From the NCBI RefSeq assembly GCF_018350175.1, contig NC_058368.1:114826001-114890000 (forward strand): a stretch of DNA of 64,000 nucleotides, given 5' to 3'. The position numbers and the translations under genes were made by a program. The stretch comes from Felis catus. Taxonomy: Eukaryota. Of the stretch, positions 47,528 through 60,439 are shown one piece after another (the stretch's first letter is position 1; each line of letters begins with the position of its first letter). The notes beneath the pieces were generated by a model, which ran no database searches, was not told the DNA's origin, and saw only the letters and a program-made list of their open reading frames with translations.

Positions 47528-49869
47528 TTTCATGATCTGATTTTTTAAAGGAAGAGCACTCCTGCTTGTGCTTCAAAGCCTTGTGTACAAATGAAAATAG
47601 GGAGTTAAGCAAGGAAGATGGTGGGAATGCGGTGGTGGGGATAAAGGGAGCTGTATTTTGGGGAAATGAGACAGGACTTAAATATGGATTGGATGTAGGG
47701 GTGTAAGCTCATCTGTAACTGTTTCCTCAATGATACCCCTGCTCCCATTGTATTTTGTCCCTTTCACGATGAGCTTTTAGTCATATCTCATGACTCAAAT
47801 TAGCCCTTTCTGTTCTGGTAGCAAACCTTCTCACCAGGAGGTGTCCTGCATTGTATTGTACCTTATTACTGATGTCCCTGCTTGCTTTTTCCTCCAGGAA
47901 GTGGGCTTCTGAGCCCCTTGATAACCTTAGCATTTGACTTGGTACCTTGCCTGGAGGGCAAATTAGATACTTGTTGAATGAAGGAGGAAAAAGTGGCTTC
48001 TCAGCTTGGAGTCTAGCTTGTGGGTGGAATTGTGATGGATGAGGCAGTAGTCTGATTATGGCAAACTGAAAACCATCTCCATTCCATTCTTCTTCCTTTT
48101 CTACCCGTATCTAATCAGAGATGAAATCTTCTCCATCCATTGTTCATCTTACATTAATTACTTTTTTCTGTTTTCTCTATTTCCACCGTAGTTTAGATTA
48201 TCTTATCTTTGAACTATCAAAACTACTTGTTCTCTGGATAAATTGTTCTATTATTGTTTGTTTTGGTGCCTTTTTCATAATTTTTCCTTTGCCTGGAGCA
48301 CTGTTCTCTTTTTCATCCATCTGACAAACTCATTTACTCTTTAAAACCCACCTTAGATGTCACTGCCTCTGGTTTTCTCTTAGAACTCAGTGCTTCTTGG
48401 GTCATTTGTACATATTCTGTGGTTGCATCTTTTATACTGTTTGGTAAATATTTTTATGTATGCCTTCCTCCCAGCTGGGGGTTTCTTAGAAGTGAGGTCT
48501 AGGCTTTTATTTTTGACAAAACTTAAAACTATGATATACATGTAGAAGAGTGCTCAAATCATAAGAGTACCTGATTATTGAAGTAGTTGAGCGAAGACCA
48601 TCACATCCACTATCCAGACCAAGAAACAGTAAATTACCAGCCAGTACTCTGGAAATCCCTTCTTGTCAGTTTGAAGTCACTACCTGTCTCTGTGCTCATT
48701 TCAGTTTTTAATCTGATATTTGGGAACATTATAGTTGCCATAGTTAGTTGAGTGTCATAGTGTTAATTAGTGTTTGCCATAGTTAGTTGAGTGTCTTCCT
48801 GTCTTCCCCTCCAGCTTTTCAGTCTTTATACCTAAGCAGAACTCACATTCATTTGAGAAACTTACTACTATCGCCTTGTTGAACTGGTCAGACTCTGGTT
48901 GGCATTCAAGGGCTTCTGAATTCTGGCCCTAACTTAACTTGTTCAAATTTATTTTCTACTGTAAATTCAAATTAATTTTCTACTTACAGTAGACGTATGT
49001 GTCCTCTGCACCTGCCAGCCGTTCATACTAGAGTGCCTCATCCTTCTCTGACACAAATGCCATCCATTTATGAAGGCTTATTAACATGTTTTACCATTGA
49101 GACATTTTTCATCATGGCTGAAATGATCTTTAATTGATGAGAAATCTAAAATTTGCCCCTGATTATGACATTTTCACTATCCTGTTTTTTGGTATTTTTT
49201 TTTGTGTGTGTTTTTTGGTGGTTAAATATATGTAACAAAATGTACTGTTTAATTATTTTTATGTATACTGGTGGCGTTGAGTATATTCACGTTTTTGTGA
49301 ACTTACCACCGCGGTCCATATCTGCAATTTTTTTCATTTTCCCAAACTGAAACTTCATATTCATTAAACAGTAACTCCCCATTTTGCCTCTCTTCAGTCC
49401 CCTGACAACCACCATTGTACTTTTCTTCTCTTGAATTTGATTACTGTAGGCACCTCTCGTAGGTGGAATACTACAGTCTTTGTTCTTTTGTGACTGGTTT
49501 ATTTTACTTAGCATAATACCTTCAGGGTTCACCTGTGTTGTAGCATGTGTCAGAATTTCTTTTTTAGGCAGAATGATACTCCATTATCTCTTCATCTGTT
49601 GATGGATATTTCGGTTGCTAGCACTTTTTGGCTGTTAATAACACATCTTCACCAACACTTGTTATTTTCTTTCTTTTTAAAAATTTTATTATTAATGAGA
49701 GAGAGACAGAGTGAGCGCATGTGCACGCGAGCTGGGGAGCAACAGAGAGCATAGGAAGGAGAGAGAGAACTCCAAGCAGGCTCTGCCCTGTCAGCGGGGA
49801 GCCTGTGGCGGGGCTTCATCTCAAGAACTATGAGATAATGACATGAGCCAAAATCAAGAGTCAGTGCTT

Positions 49870-50605
49870 CAAAACCACAGTGAGATACCACCTTACACCT
49901 GTCAGGCTGGCTAACATTAACAACTCAGGCAACAACAGATGTTGGCGAGGATGCGGAATCAGAGGATGTCTTTTGCATTGCTGGTGGGAATGCAAGCTGG
50001 GGAAGCCACTCTGGAGGAAGTTCCTCAAAACATTAAAAATAGAACTACCCTACGACCCAGCTAGTTGCACTACTAGGTATTTATCGAAGGGATACAGGTG
50101 TTCTGTTTTGAAGGGATACATGCACCCCAATTTTATAGCAGCACTATCAACAACAGCCAAAGTATGGAAAGAGCCCAATGTCCATCAATGGATGAATGAA
50201 TAAGGAAGATATGGTGTGTGTGTATACACACACACACAGTGGAGTATTACTCGGCAATCAAAAAGAATGACATCTTGCCATTTGCAACTACGTGGATGGA
50301 ACTAGAGGGTATTACGCTAAGTGAAATTAGAGAAAGGCAAATATCATATGACTTCACACATATGACGACTTTAAGGGATAAAACAAATGAACATAAGGGA
50401 AGGGAAACAAAAATAATATAAAAACGGAGAGAAACAAAACATAAGAGACTCTTCAAATATGGAGAACAAACAGATGGTTACTGGAGGGATTTTGGGGGGG
50501 TGGGCTAAATGGGTAAGGGGCATTAAGGAATCTACTCCTGAAATCATTGTTGCACTATATGCTAACTAATTTGGATGTAAATTAAAAAAAAATAAATTAA
50601 AAAAT
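49870..50605 (+). mobile_element. 5'-truncated feline L1 (ORF2 C-terminal cysteine-rich region plus 3' UTR) inserted in a SINE
   Basis: ORF 49880-50203 [32 protein letters not shown] is the L1 ORF2 C-terminus, frameshifted downstream; A-rich tail at 50583-50603. Confidence 0.93.
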
Positions 50606-50635
50606 GTCGATAACCCATTGAGCCACCCAGGCGCC

Positions 50636-50652
50636 TTTCTTTCTTTTCTTTT

Positions 50653-50712
<60 letters not shown>
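50636..50712. repeat. (CTTT)n microsatellite
   Basis: Directly visible. Confidence 0.96.
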
Positions 50713-50919
50713 AATAGCCATCCTAATGGAAGTGAGGTGATATTTCTTTGCAGTTTTGATTTGCATTTCTCTGATAAGTGATGTTGAGCATCTTTTCATG
50801 TGCTTATGATCCATTTGTATATTTTCTTTGAGGAAATCTCTGTGCAAGAGTTTTAATTGGGTTGTTAGCTCCCTACCCCCCTTTTGAGTTATAGGAGTTT
50901 TTTATGTGTTCTGGATTTT

Positions 50920-51264
50920 AAAAAAATTCCAGCATAGTTAACATACAGTGTTACAGTTTCAAGTATATGGTGTAGTGATTCAACAATTCTGTGCATTACT
51001 TAATGCTCATCATAATAAGTGTATCCTTAATTCACCTATTTCACTCACCCCCACCCACCTCCCGTCTGGTAGCCATCATTTATAGTTAAGTGTCTGTTTT
51101 TTGGTTGTGTCTTTTTTTTCTTTGTTTTGTTAAATTGTACATATGAGTCAAATCATATGGTATTTGTCTTTCTCTGATTCATTTCACTTAGCATTATATT
51201 TTCTGGATCCATCCATGTAGCAAATGGCAAGATTTCATTCTTTTTTATGGCCGAGTAATATTCC

Positions 51265-51316
<52 letters not shown>

Positions 51317-51478
51317 AACACACACCCCACATCTACTTCATCCATTCATCAATCGATGGGCACTTGGGCTGCTTCCATAATTTGGCTATTGTAAATAATA
51401 TTGCAATAAACATAAGGATGCATGTATCTTTTTGAATTAGTGTTTTCATATTCTCTGGGTAAATATCCAATAGTGGGT
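50920..51478 (-). mobile_element. Carnivore L1 3' fragment nested in the older L1; contains (TG)n at 51267-51312
   Basis: AATTCCAGCATAGTTAACATACAGTGTTA tail end, CAAATGGCAAGATTTCATTC; TTCTGGAT repeated on both flanks. Confidence 0.85.
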
Positions 51479-51929
51479 GTACATTCTGGATATTTATTAC
51501 TTTTCAGTATATGATTTGTAAATATTTTATCTAAGTTTATGGGCTGATAATGTCCTTTGATTCATGAAACTTTTACATTTTGATCAAGGTCAGCTTACCT
51601 GGTTTTTCTTTTGTTGTTTGTGCTTTTGGTGTCATATGTAAATCATTGCCAAATCCCATAGCATGGAGCTTTTTATGCTTTTTTTCTCCCCTCAACTACA
51701 CTGTGGACATCTTGAGGGAAGGAACTAAGTTACTATTGTAGCTGCTTTACCCTTCAGCACAGTGAGCACATGGTGAACAAGGAGAAAGTAGGGAAAAATT
51801 TTTTTTAATGTAATTTTTAAATGGTCATAACGAACACTCAAGATTTATGTGTAGGGTGGGGTGTTTCCTGCTATTGGTGATTTGTCATTGATTATGTCTG
51901 CCTCATGAATTAGGATGATAACGTGTTTT

Positions 51930-52084
51930 TAGGCGTTAGACAGTGTGTGAGCACAGGAGGGGCAGAGAGAGAGGGAGACAGAATCCAAAGCAGGCTCCAG
52001 GCTCTGAGCTGTGAATGGTGAGATCATGACCTGAGCCACCCAGGTGCCCCAGGGAGGAGTTTTGTTTTGTTTTGTTTTTAATTT

Positions 52085-52135
<51 letters not shown>

Positions 52136-53210
52136 TTTTGAGAGAGAAAGCACGGGAGGGGCAGAGAGAAAGGAAGAGAGAATCACAATTAGGCTGTGTG
52201 CTGCCAGTGCAGAGCTGGATGCAGGGCTTTGAAGTCAGGAACCATGAGATCAGGACCTGAGAAATCAGGAGTTGGACACTCAACCAGCTGAGCTACCTAG
52301 CCTGCCTTAGGAGTTTTTAATCTTTTAAGTCCCAGCTGGAGAGCTTAGAGTTTGAACTTTGCTATCTGTGTAATGAATAAGAGAATTTATGAAGTATATT
52401 TATTTAAACTTCTAATGTGATAAAATGATAAAATTTAATTCCTGAACAGGAAATGTTTTTATTCATATTAAGTGGGTTGTCTTGCAAGTAAAACTAGTGA
52501 GCTAGTTCAGTACTTAAATAGCATTAAATTGCAGGTTTACCTTCCTTAAGACTCTTCTAGACCTTAAAATCTTTTGGTAGATGCCGAGCTCCTTCAGGGT
52601 AATTACATCCTTCTGAATCTTTGACTCCTATGATACCTGACTCATTTTTTTTAATTAAAAAATTTTTTTAATGTTTATTTACTTTTGAGAGAGAGAGAGA
52701 GACAATGAGACAGTATGAGCGGGGGAGGGGCAGAGAAAGGGAGATGCAAAATGCAAAGGAGGCTCCAGGCTCTGAGCTGTCAGCATAGAATCAAGCTCAT
52801 GACCTGAGCCGAAGATGGTTGAAGACGGATGCTTAACCGACTGAGCCACCCAGGCGCCCCTGATTCATTTATAAACCCATAGCAGATACTCTTCAACAAA
52901 TACTGAATTAGTTATAGTAGGTATACATATACTATATATAGGATTGTGCCAAGGGGTGGAGGCATGGTTTTACATCCAGTTTATTAAAGTTTAAAAAAAA
53001 AATTTTTTTTAATGTTTATTCATTTTTGAGAAACAGAGACAGAGCATGAGTGAGGGAGGGGCAGAGAGAGAGGGAGACAGCCAGTCAAAGCAGGCTCCAG
53101 GCTCTGAGCTGTCAGCACAGAGCCCGAAGCTGGGCTTGAACTCATGGACCACGAGATCATGACCTAAGTTGAAGTTGGATGCTTAACTGGCTGAGCCACC
53201 CACGTGCCCC
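51930..53210 (-). mobile_element. Four minus-strand CAN-SINEs (51930-52030, 52060-52307 with (TTTA)n, 52645-52860, 52990-53210)
   Basis: Reverse bodies and T-rich tails. Confidence 0.88.
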
Positions 53211-53734
53211 TTATTAAAAAAGTTTTTTGTAATAAAGCTCATAGCACCTAAAGATAGACACTGGTAACGTTTTGGTGTACATCCTCTATCTTTGTTTTTG
53301 GGTATGTATATTGACAATAACTTTTATAAAAATTAGTTTTTACTTTGTCTTCTTTTGTAATGTACTGTTCATTTGTCGTAATTTGAACATTTCCCCTATT
53401 AGTAGGATAAGATTAACCTTTATTTTATGTATCCCTTTGAAAAAGGAAACACCACCAAATATACTAGACAATGACATCAATTGTAAGACCCATCCAGATG
53501 TTAGAGGCTTAAAAATGTGAAATATGTATGCTTTAGAACTGATGATATATGATTAATTGCACAGTACCGATATAGCATATTAATGATGGCCTACTATTCC
53601 ATTTTGTAGGTTCTTTTTGATCAGCCCTATTAGACATTTAGTTTGCTTGTAGAGCCGTGTTAGTGTAGCTCAATCTTCTCCCCATCTTTGATTATTTCTT
53701 GAGGTTAACTTAGAAAAGGTTTGCTACTCTTAAA

Positions 53735-56400
53735 ATATTTTTTTAATTATAGTTAAACATACATAAGATAAAACTTCCCATTTTAATAGTTGTTAAGTGT
53801 ATACTTCAATGGCCTTAAATACATTTATGATGTGCAACCATCATCACTATCTATTTTCAGAACTTTTTTGTCATCCGAAACAGAAACTTTGTATGTATTT
53901 GACAGTGACTTCCCATCCTCTCCTCTACCCAGCCTCTGATAACCTCTCTTTCTACTTACTGTCTCTATGAATTTGCCTATTTTAGGTACTTCATATAAAA
54001 GTGGAACCATACAATATTTGTCCTTTTGTGTCTGACTTATTTCACTTATTGATACAATGTTTTTAAGGTTCATTCATGTTGTAGCATGTGTCAGAATTTC
54101 CTTTTTTTTCCTCTTAAAATTTTTATTGTGGTGAAATAAACATAAAATTTACTATCAATGGGGTGCCTGGTTGGCTCAGTCGATTAAGCATCCGACCTTG
54201 GCTCAGGTCTTGATGTCGCAGTGAGTTAGAGCCCTGTGTTGGGCTCTGTGCTGACAGCTCAGAGCCTGGAGCTTGCTTTGGATTTTGTGTCTTCTTCCTC
54301 TCTCTCTACCCCTCCCCTGGCTCTCACTCTGTCTCTCTCAAAAGTAAACATTAAAAAATTCAATAAAATTTGCTACCATTGATTAATGATTTAGTTTAAA
54401 TATTTATTTTGAGAGCGAGAATCCCAGGCAGGCTGTGTGCTGACAGGGGAGAGAGAGACTGATGTGGGCTCATTTGTGACCTGAGCTGAAGTCAAGAGTT
54501 GGTCGCTCAACGGATTGAGCCACCCAGGTGCCCTTTTGTGTTTTTTTAGAGAGATAGAGATTGTGTGCACGTGTGTGTAAGAGCGCTAGCGTGGGGGAGG
54601 GCCGAGGGAGAGACAAAATCTCAAGCAGGCTCCATGCCAAGTGGGGAGCCCCATGCAGGACTCAATCTCAGAATCCTGAGCTAAAATCAAGAGTTGGATG
54701 CTTAACTGACTGAGCCACCCATTTGTCCCTAAAATTTACTCTTACCTAGTTTTAAGCCTACAGTTCTGTGACATTAATTATTTATGTTGCAGTGCAACCT
54801 TACCGCCATACATTTCTAGAAATCTTTTTATCTTGTGAAAGTAAAACAACTCCCCATTTTTATTAAACAACATTATGAACTCCCCATTTCTTTCTTACTC
54901 CAGTTTCTAGCAGCCACTATTCTACTTTGTCTCTTTGACTGCTCTTGGTACTTCATAAAAGAATCATGTAGCATTTGTCTTTATGTCTTGTTTTACTTAT
55001 TAACTATTTACTTATTAACTAACTCACTTATTAACATATACTATGTCTGTATGTCTTGTTTTACTTATTAACATAATATCCTCAAGATTCATTCATGTGG
55101 TAGCATATGAAAATTTCCTTCCTTTTTAAGGCTGAATAATATTTTATCATATGTATGTATATGTACACACACCACATTATGCTTATTCATTCATTTCTTG
55201 ATGAATGATTACTTCCATATTTTAGCTACTGTGAATGCTGCTATGAACATGAATGTACAAATATCTCTTGGAGACCCTGCTTTCACTTTTGGATATACCC
55301 AGAAGTGGAATTGCTGGATTATAGGGTACATTTATTTTTAATTTTTTGAGGAACTGTCAAACTTACCACTTTACATTCCTACCAGCAGTGCCCAAGGGCT
55401 CTAATTTCTCTATTTCTTTGCCAATACTTGATATTTTCTTTTTTTCTTTTTTTTATGGTAGCCATCCTAATGAATTTGAGGTGGTATTACATTGTAGTTT
55501 ATTTTTATTTTTATTTTTTAACGTTTATTTATTTTTGAGAGAAAGAACATCAGCAAGGGAGGGGCAGAGAGAGAGGGAGACACAGAATCCAAACCAGGCT
55601 CCAGGCTCTGAGCTGTCAGCACAGAGCCTGAAGCGGGGCTCTAACTTAACAAACTGTGAGATCATGACTTGAGCCGAGTTCGGATGCTTAACCAAGCGAC
55701 CCACATGCCCTCATTGTAGTTTTGATTTGCATTTCCTAATGATTGGTGATGTTGAATATCTTTCATGTGTTTTTTAGACATCCCTATATCTCTGGAGAAA
55801 TGTCTATTCAAATCCTTTGCACATCATTGGGTTGTTGTTTGGTTTTTAGTTTTAGGAGTTTTCTCTATTTTCTGAGTATTAATCCCTTATCACATATGAC
55901 TTGAAAATACTTTCTTCCATTCTCTGGGTTGCCTTTTGATTCTGGTAATAGTGTCCGTTGATACACAAAAGTTTTCATTTTGATGAAGTTCAATTTATCT
56001 AGTTTTTTTCTTTTGTTACCTGTGTCTTTGGTGCCATATGCAGGAAGTCATTGCCAAATCCAGTGTCATGAAACTTTTACCCTGTGTTTTCTTGTAAGTT
56101 TTATGGTTTTAGCTCCTACATTTAGGTCTTTGATTCATTTTGAGTTTATTTTTCTTTATGATGTTAGGTAATGGTCCAACATCATTCATTTGCATGTGGT
56201 TACGCAAGTTTACTCAAGACCATTTGTTGAAAAGACTGTCTTTTCCTCATTGACTGATTTTGACACTTTTGTCAAAAATCATTTGACAGTAAATGTCAAA
56301 TTTGACTGTAAATGTCATTTCTTTCTGGACTGTCTGTTCTGTTGGTCTATATGTCTGTCTTTATGCCAGTACCACACTGTTTCGATTACTGTAGCTTTGT
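53735..56400 (-). mobile_element. Two adjacent old L1M fragments interrupted by four SINEs (54160-54360 +; 54400-54535, 54540-54730, 55500-55710 -)
   Basis: Antisense L1 text: GGATATACCCAGAAGTGGAATTGCTGGAT, GGAGAAATGTCTATTCAAATCCTTTGC, TTTAGGTCTTTGATTCATTTTGAGTT, ATGCCAGTACCACACTGTTT. Confidence 0.88.
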
Positions 56401-56717
56401 GTTAAGCTGATGTCAAAATAGCTCTTGAAGCTAACAATATTTTGTATTATTCTGTGGTTTAGTTGTATGTATGTGCTGTTGTGAAAATCAAATGAATCCA
56501 TTTAACTTTCCTGTGATTTGATTGTTGAAGTGATTACACAACTGTTTGAGTTTGTTAAAACTCAAGGAATAGTATAACAGAGTGAATTTTAGTGCATATG
56601 AAAAGTGATACAATAGGTAAAAATAGGTTTTTTTCAAGTTTGATTACTTCCTCAGCCCAAATCATTTTTTCCTCATGAGTGACTGTGAAGCCACACCCTT
56701 AAAAGTAAAAGTATTCT

Positions 56718-56924
56718 GGGGCGCTGGGTGGCTCAGTCGGTTAAGCGTCCGACTTCGGCTCAGGTCATTATCTCGCAGTCCGTGAGTTCGAGCCCCGTGT
56801 CGGGCTCTCTGCTGGCAGCTCAGAGCCTGGAGCCTGTTTCCGATTCTGTGTCTCCCTCTCTCTCTGACCCTCCCCCGTTCATGCTCTGTCTCTGTCTCAA
56901 AAATAAATAAACATTTAAAAAAAA
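56718..56924 (+). mobile_element. Young CAN-SINE
   Basis: 16-bp TSD AAAAGTAAAAGTATTC (56701 and 56925). Confidence 0.95.
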
Positions 56925-56981
56925 AAAAGTAAAAGTATTCAAGAATTTTCATTATAATGTTCATGTTAGCAGATTTAAGTC

Positions 56982-59135
56982 TTTTTTTTTTTTTAATGTT
57001 TACTAACTTTGAGAGAAAGAGAGAGCATGTGTGTGAGTATGAGTGGGGGAGGGACAGACAGTGAGGGAGAGAGAGAATCCCAAGCAGGCTCCCCACACTT
57101 CTGTCAGTGCAGAGACAGGACTTGACATGCTCAATCTCAGGAACTGTGAGAGATCATGACCTGAGCCGAAATTATGAGTCAGAAACTCATGAGTCAGATG
57201 CTCCAGGTGCCCCTGGAGGATTTAAGGCATATTAGTACCTTCTATTTTCTTTTAAGAAAAAAAGTTAAATACATCAGGCATCTGTGAGCACTTCATGGAA
57301 CAACAGTTCCTAAAATTTGCCCAGATGTGAGTGTGCTAGCTTCCAGACCTTAAGGGTGTTTGTACAGTGTGTTGATCAGCTCAGCCCTTCACTTGGTGGG
57401 CTGGCTTGAACGTGCTGAACAGTGTGGGGAAGTGGACAGTCTAGCTTGACTTGCCCTGTCTCATGCTGTTTGCTCACTTGCAAGAGCACTATACTAAATT
57501 TATGCGTTATTGAAAGTTCAAAATGTGCAGAAATAACCATGCTTCAAAATAAAACTTGAACATTGCTCTTTCTCTGTTGGAGCCGCTAAATGTTCATTAT
57601 TTTCTTCTTTAGTTTTTTTCATAGCTATCAAACTTCTCTATGTGACAGTGTGCCCCTAGCCCCATTTCTAATGGAGCTTGAAATTAACATGATTTCTGTT
57701 TACTTGTTGATGGACTGTCATCTATCAACCCCAGTTTTTGAATAGTGATTTAATTTGTGCTTTTTCAGTGGCTCAAGTTTGGAGTAATGCATATAATGTA
57801 AATATGATTTGAAAGGCAGCTTTGAGTGTTCCTTAAAAAAAAATTTTTTTTTAATGTTTATTTATTTTTGAGAGAGACAGAGACAGAATGCGAGTGGGTT
57901 AGGGGCAGAGAGCGAGGGAGACACAGAATCCGAAGCAGACTCCAGGCTCCAAGCCGTCAGCACAGAGCCCGACCTGGGGCTCGAACTCACGTGCTGTGAG
58001 ATCATGACCTGAGCAGCAGTCGGCCGCTCAACTGACTGAGCCACCCAGGCGCCCCTTGAGCGTTATTTTAAATGTTTGTAATATAGATTGGTCATTTGGA
58101 ACAAGTATTACATGAATAGTGTGATTTGGTTTAAAAAAATTTTTTTTTAATTTGAATTTGTTTTTTTAATGTTTATTTATGTATTTTGAGAGGAAGAAGA
58201 GAGAGAGAGCGCACTCACAAGCAGGGGAAGGGCAGAGAGGGAGAGGTGGAATACCAAGCAGGCTTTGTCAGCACAGAGCCCGATGTGCTGTCACAAACTG
58301 AGATCATGACCTGAGCCAGGATCCAGAGTTGGATGCTTGGTGCGCCTGGGTGGCTCAGTTGGTTAAGAGTCTGACTCTTGATCTTGGCCCAGGTCATGAT
58401 CTCATGGTTCTTCGTGGGTTTGAGCCCTGTGTCTGTGCTGACAAGTGTAGAGCCCACTTGGAATTTTCTCTCCTTCTCTCTGCCTCAACCCCACTCGTGC
58501 TTGTTCTCTCTCTCTCTCTCTTCAAAATAAATAAATAAACTTGGGAAAAAAAAAAAAAAAGATGCTTAACCAGCTGAGCTGCCCAGGTGCCCTGGGTTTT
58601 AAAATTTGTTGTCAGCTGGGGGCGCCTGGGTGGCTCACTGGGTTAAGCATTGGACTCTTGATTTGGGTTCAGGTCATGATCTCATGGTACTTGGAATACA
58701 GCCCCAAGTCAGGCTCCATGCTGACAGAGCGGAGCCTGTTTGGAATTCTCTCTGCCTCTTTATCTCTGTTTTTCTTTCTCTCTGACCCTTCCCCTCCCCC
58801 TTGCACTCTTACTGTGTCTCAAAAATAAAGTAAATATACTTAAAAATTTTTGTCGTCTGTCCCATGTTCCAATTATAGTAGAAGAGCAGGAATTACACTG
58901 TGGAAGTTGTTACAATTTTAAGCTGTAAAGTTTTTTTAAAAGAGACTTCCAGGGCTTTAGAGAAGAAACAAACTATCATTTGCCTTAAAATACTGTAATG
59001 AATAATTTATTATTTTTAAAAAATATTTATTTTGAGAGAGCGTGTGTGGGTGCATGCAAGCGGGGGAGGAGCAGAGAGAGGAAAGAGAATCCCAAGCATG
59101 CTCCTCCATTTACTGACTGAGCCACCTAGGTGCCC
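56982..59135. mobile_element. SINE series: 56982-57213 -, 57835-58055 -, 58135-58592 - split by 58339-58560 +, 58618-58835 +, 59010-59135 - (internally deleted)
   Basis: SINE heads and tails; TSD GATGCTT around the nested copy; TSD CTGTAATGAATAATTT around the last. Confidence 0.87.
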
Positions 59136-59700
59136 CTGTAATGAATAATTTGATCCAGTTTAATCTCAGTGTTAAATAACTGGTCTTATTCCTTAATTGC
59201 TAATTTAAAGACTAGTTCTATCCTGGATTGTTTAATTTTGGCCATTGCATTTAACTGTATTGAGCTGTGGATTTCCCTCATTTTCTTATTCTGAGATTTC
59301 ATTATTAAATATTGTCATAAATAAGTGGACCATCATTTACATTTTCAAAATGTTTTATTGTATCATTTTTGTTTTGTTTTGTTTTTGTTAATATTTGACA
59401 TGAATTGAAGATGTGAATTGGAAGCCTGTTTAATTATTAGGTTACATAATCCTCTACTGGTTTATTAACCAGGTAGAACTGCAGACTGTTCTGAAAACTG
59501 AAAGTGCTATCATAACTCAGGAAATGCATTCAGTGTGGCCCATTTCAAGTGACATGAAGGATAGGAGCCTTTGCTAATAGTCTGTTTACCCTATGCAGCT
59601 TTGATACATGCTTTTCTTTGCAAGCAAAGATGCATTGTTAACTATTCTCTCATGGTATGATGAATATTTCATTATGTTAAATATTTCAATATTAATCTAG

Positions 59701-59759
59701 ACTCTTAATCATGGTTTGTGAAAAATGATAGTGCAGTGAATAAGGCAGAAGCTGAAAGG
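59701..59759 (+). other. Possible small non-coding exon
   Basis: Consensus donor AGG|GTAAGT at 59759/59760 in repeat-free sequence; nearest acceptor AATCTAG| has a weak pyrimidine tract. Confidence 0.35.
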
Positions 59760-60439
59760 GTAAGTCAGTGTTCATGGGGTTTTCTGTTTGTGGGGATCTC
59801 TGAATTGGTAAAGGTTTCTTACAGTCATCTTTTATCATTTTCTTGCTTCCTTGGACCTAAGGGTCATCATATTCTTAGAAAAGCTGTAGTCTGACTTTGA
59901 AGTGTATCTTTAGAAACCTGTCATTTTGCAGAGAAGTGGCTAAGTGAAATGTGAGCTTGATCTCTTGGGAGGAGGAGGGAAAACCAGGGAAATGGCAATA
60001 CTTGAGAGAAATTTAAGCTTCTTTGGGGTCATTAAGACCAGTGAAAGACATAATGTTTTCTAGGTATCTTTATTGAGTCAGGGTCAGAGGCAGCATTTAG
60101 TTTGCTTTATCTCTACTTCAGTGGGAAGGGTTCAATTAAATACAATAAGTCTGCCTTTCAAAGCACATGCTGGGAGATGTTAAGAATGTGTAAGTCACCT
60201 TTGCTAACCTCAAGAAGTTTACAAACTAATGGGATTATTAGTCTTGCTATAGCAGTCTATACTTACTTTTGCTAATCTGTAAGAAGAGACATTTCTTATT
60301 TCTTTCCACAAGTGCTAATGTTGCTAGATGAAACCTAAAACAGTCAAGGCAGGTATTAATCATTTATAGATTGTTACTAGGTGAAAGTTATCATGCTCAA
60401 AAAAGCCATGGGCCCTGTGTTGAAAGGGGAGTTCCCAGT

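Larger units (their letters stand above)
49225..51680 (-). mobile_element. Old L1M host element carrying nested insertions
   Basis: Antisense 3' UTR (CCCAAACTGAAACTTCAT, GACTGGTTTATTTTACTTAGCATAAT), resuming at about 50712 (AATAGCCATCCTAATGG..GTTTTGATTTGCATTTC) and at about 51481. Confidence 0.85.

Noticed and set aside
48735..48795. Repeat-spacer-repeat pattern resembling a CRISPR array
   Set aside because: Only two units, self-similar spacer, mammalian context, no cas genes.
49880..50421. ORFs as an active or domesticated reverse-transcriptase gene
   Set aside because: Only the frameshifted C-terminal end of L1 ORF2; no RT or endonuclease domain.
59655..59756. Possible C/D box snoRNA (ATGATGA ... 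CTGA)
   Set aside because: No terminal stem and no rRNA complementarity that I can recognise; both motifs are common by chance.
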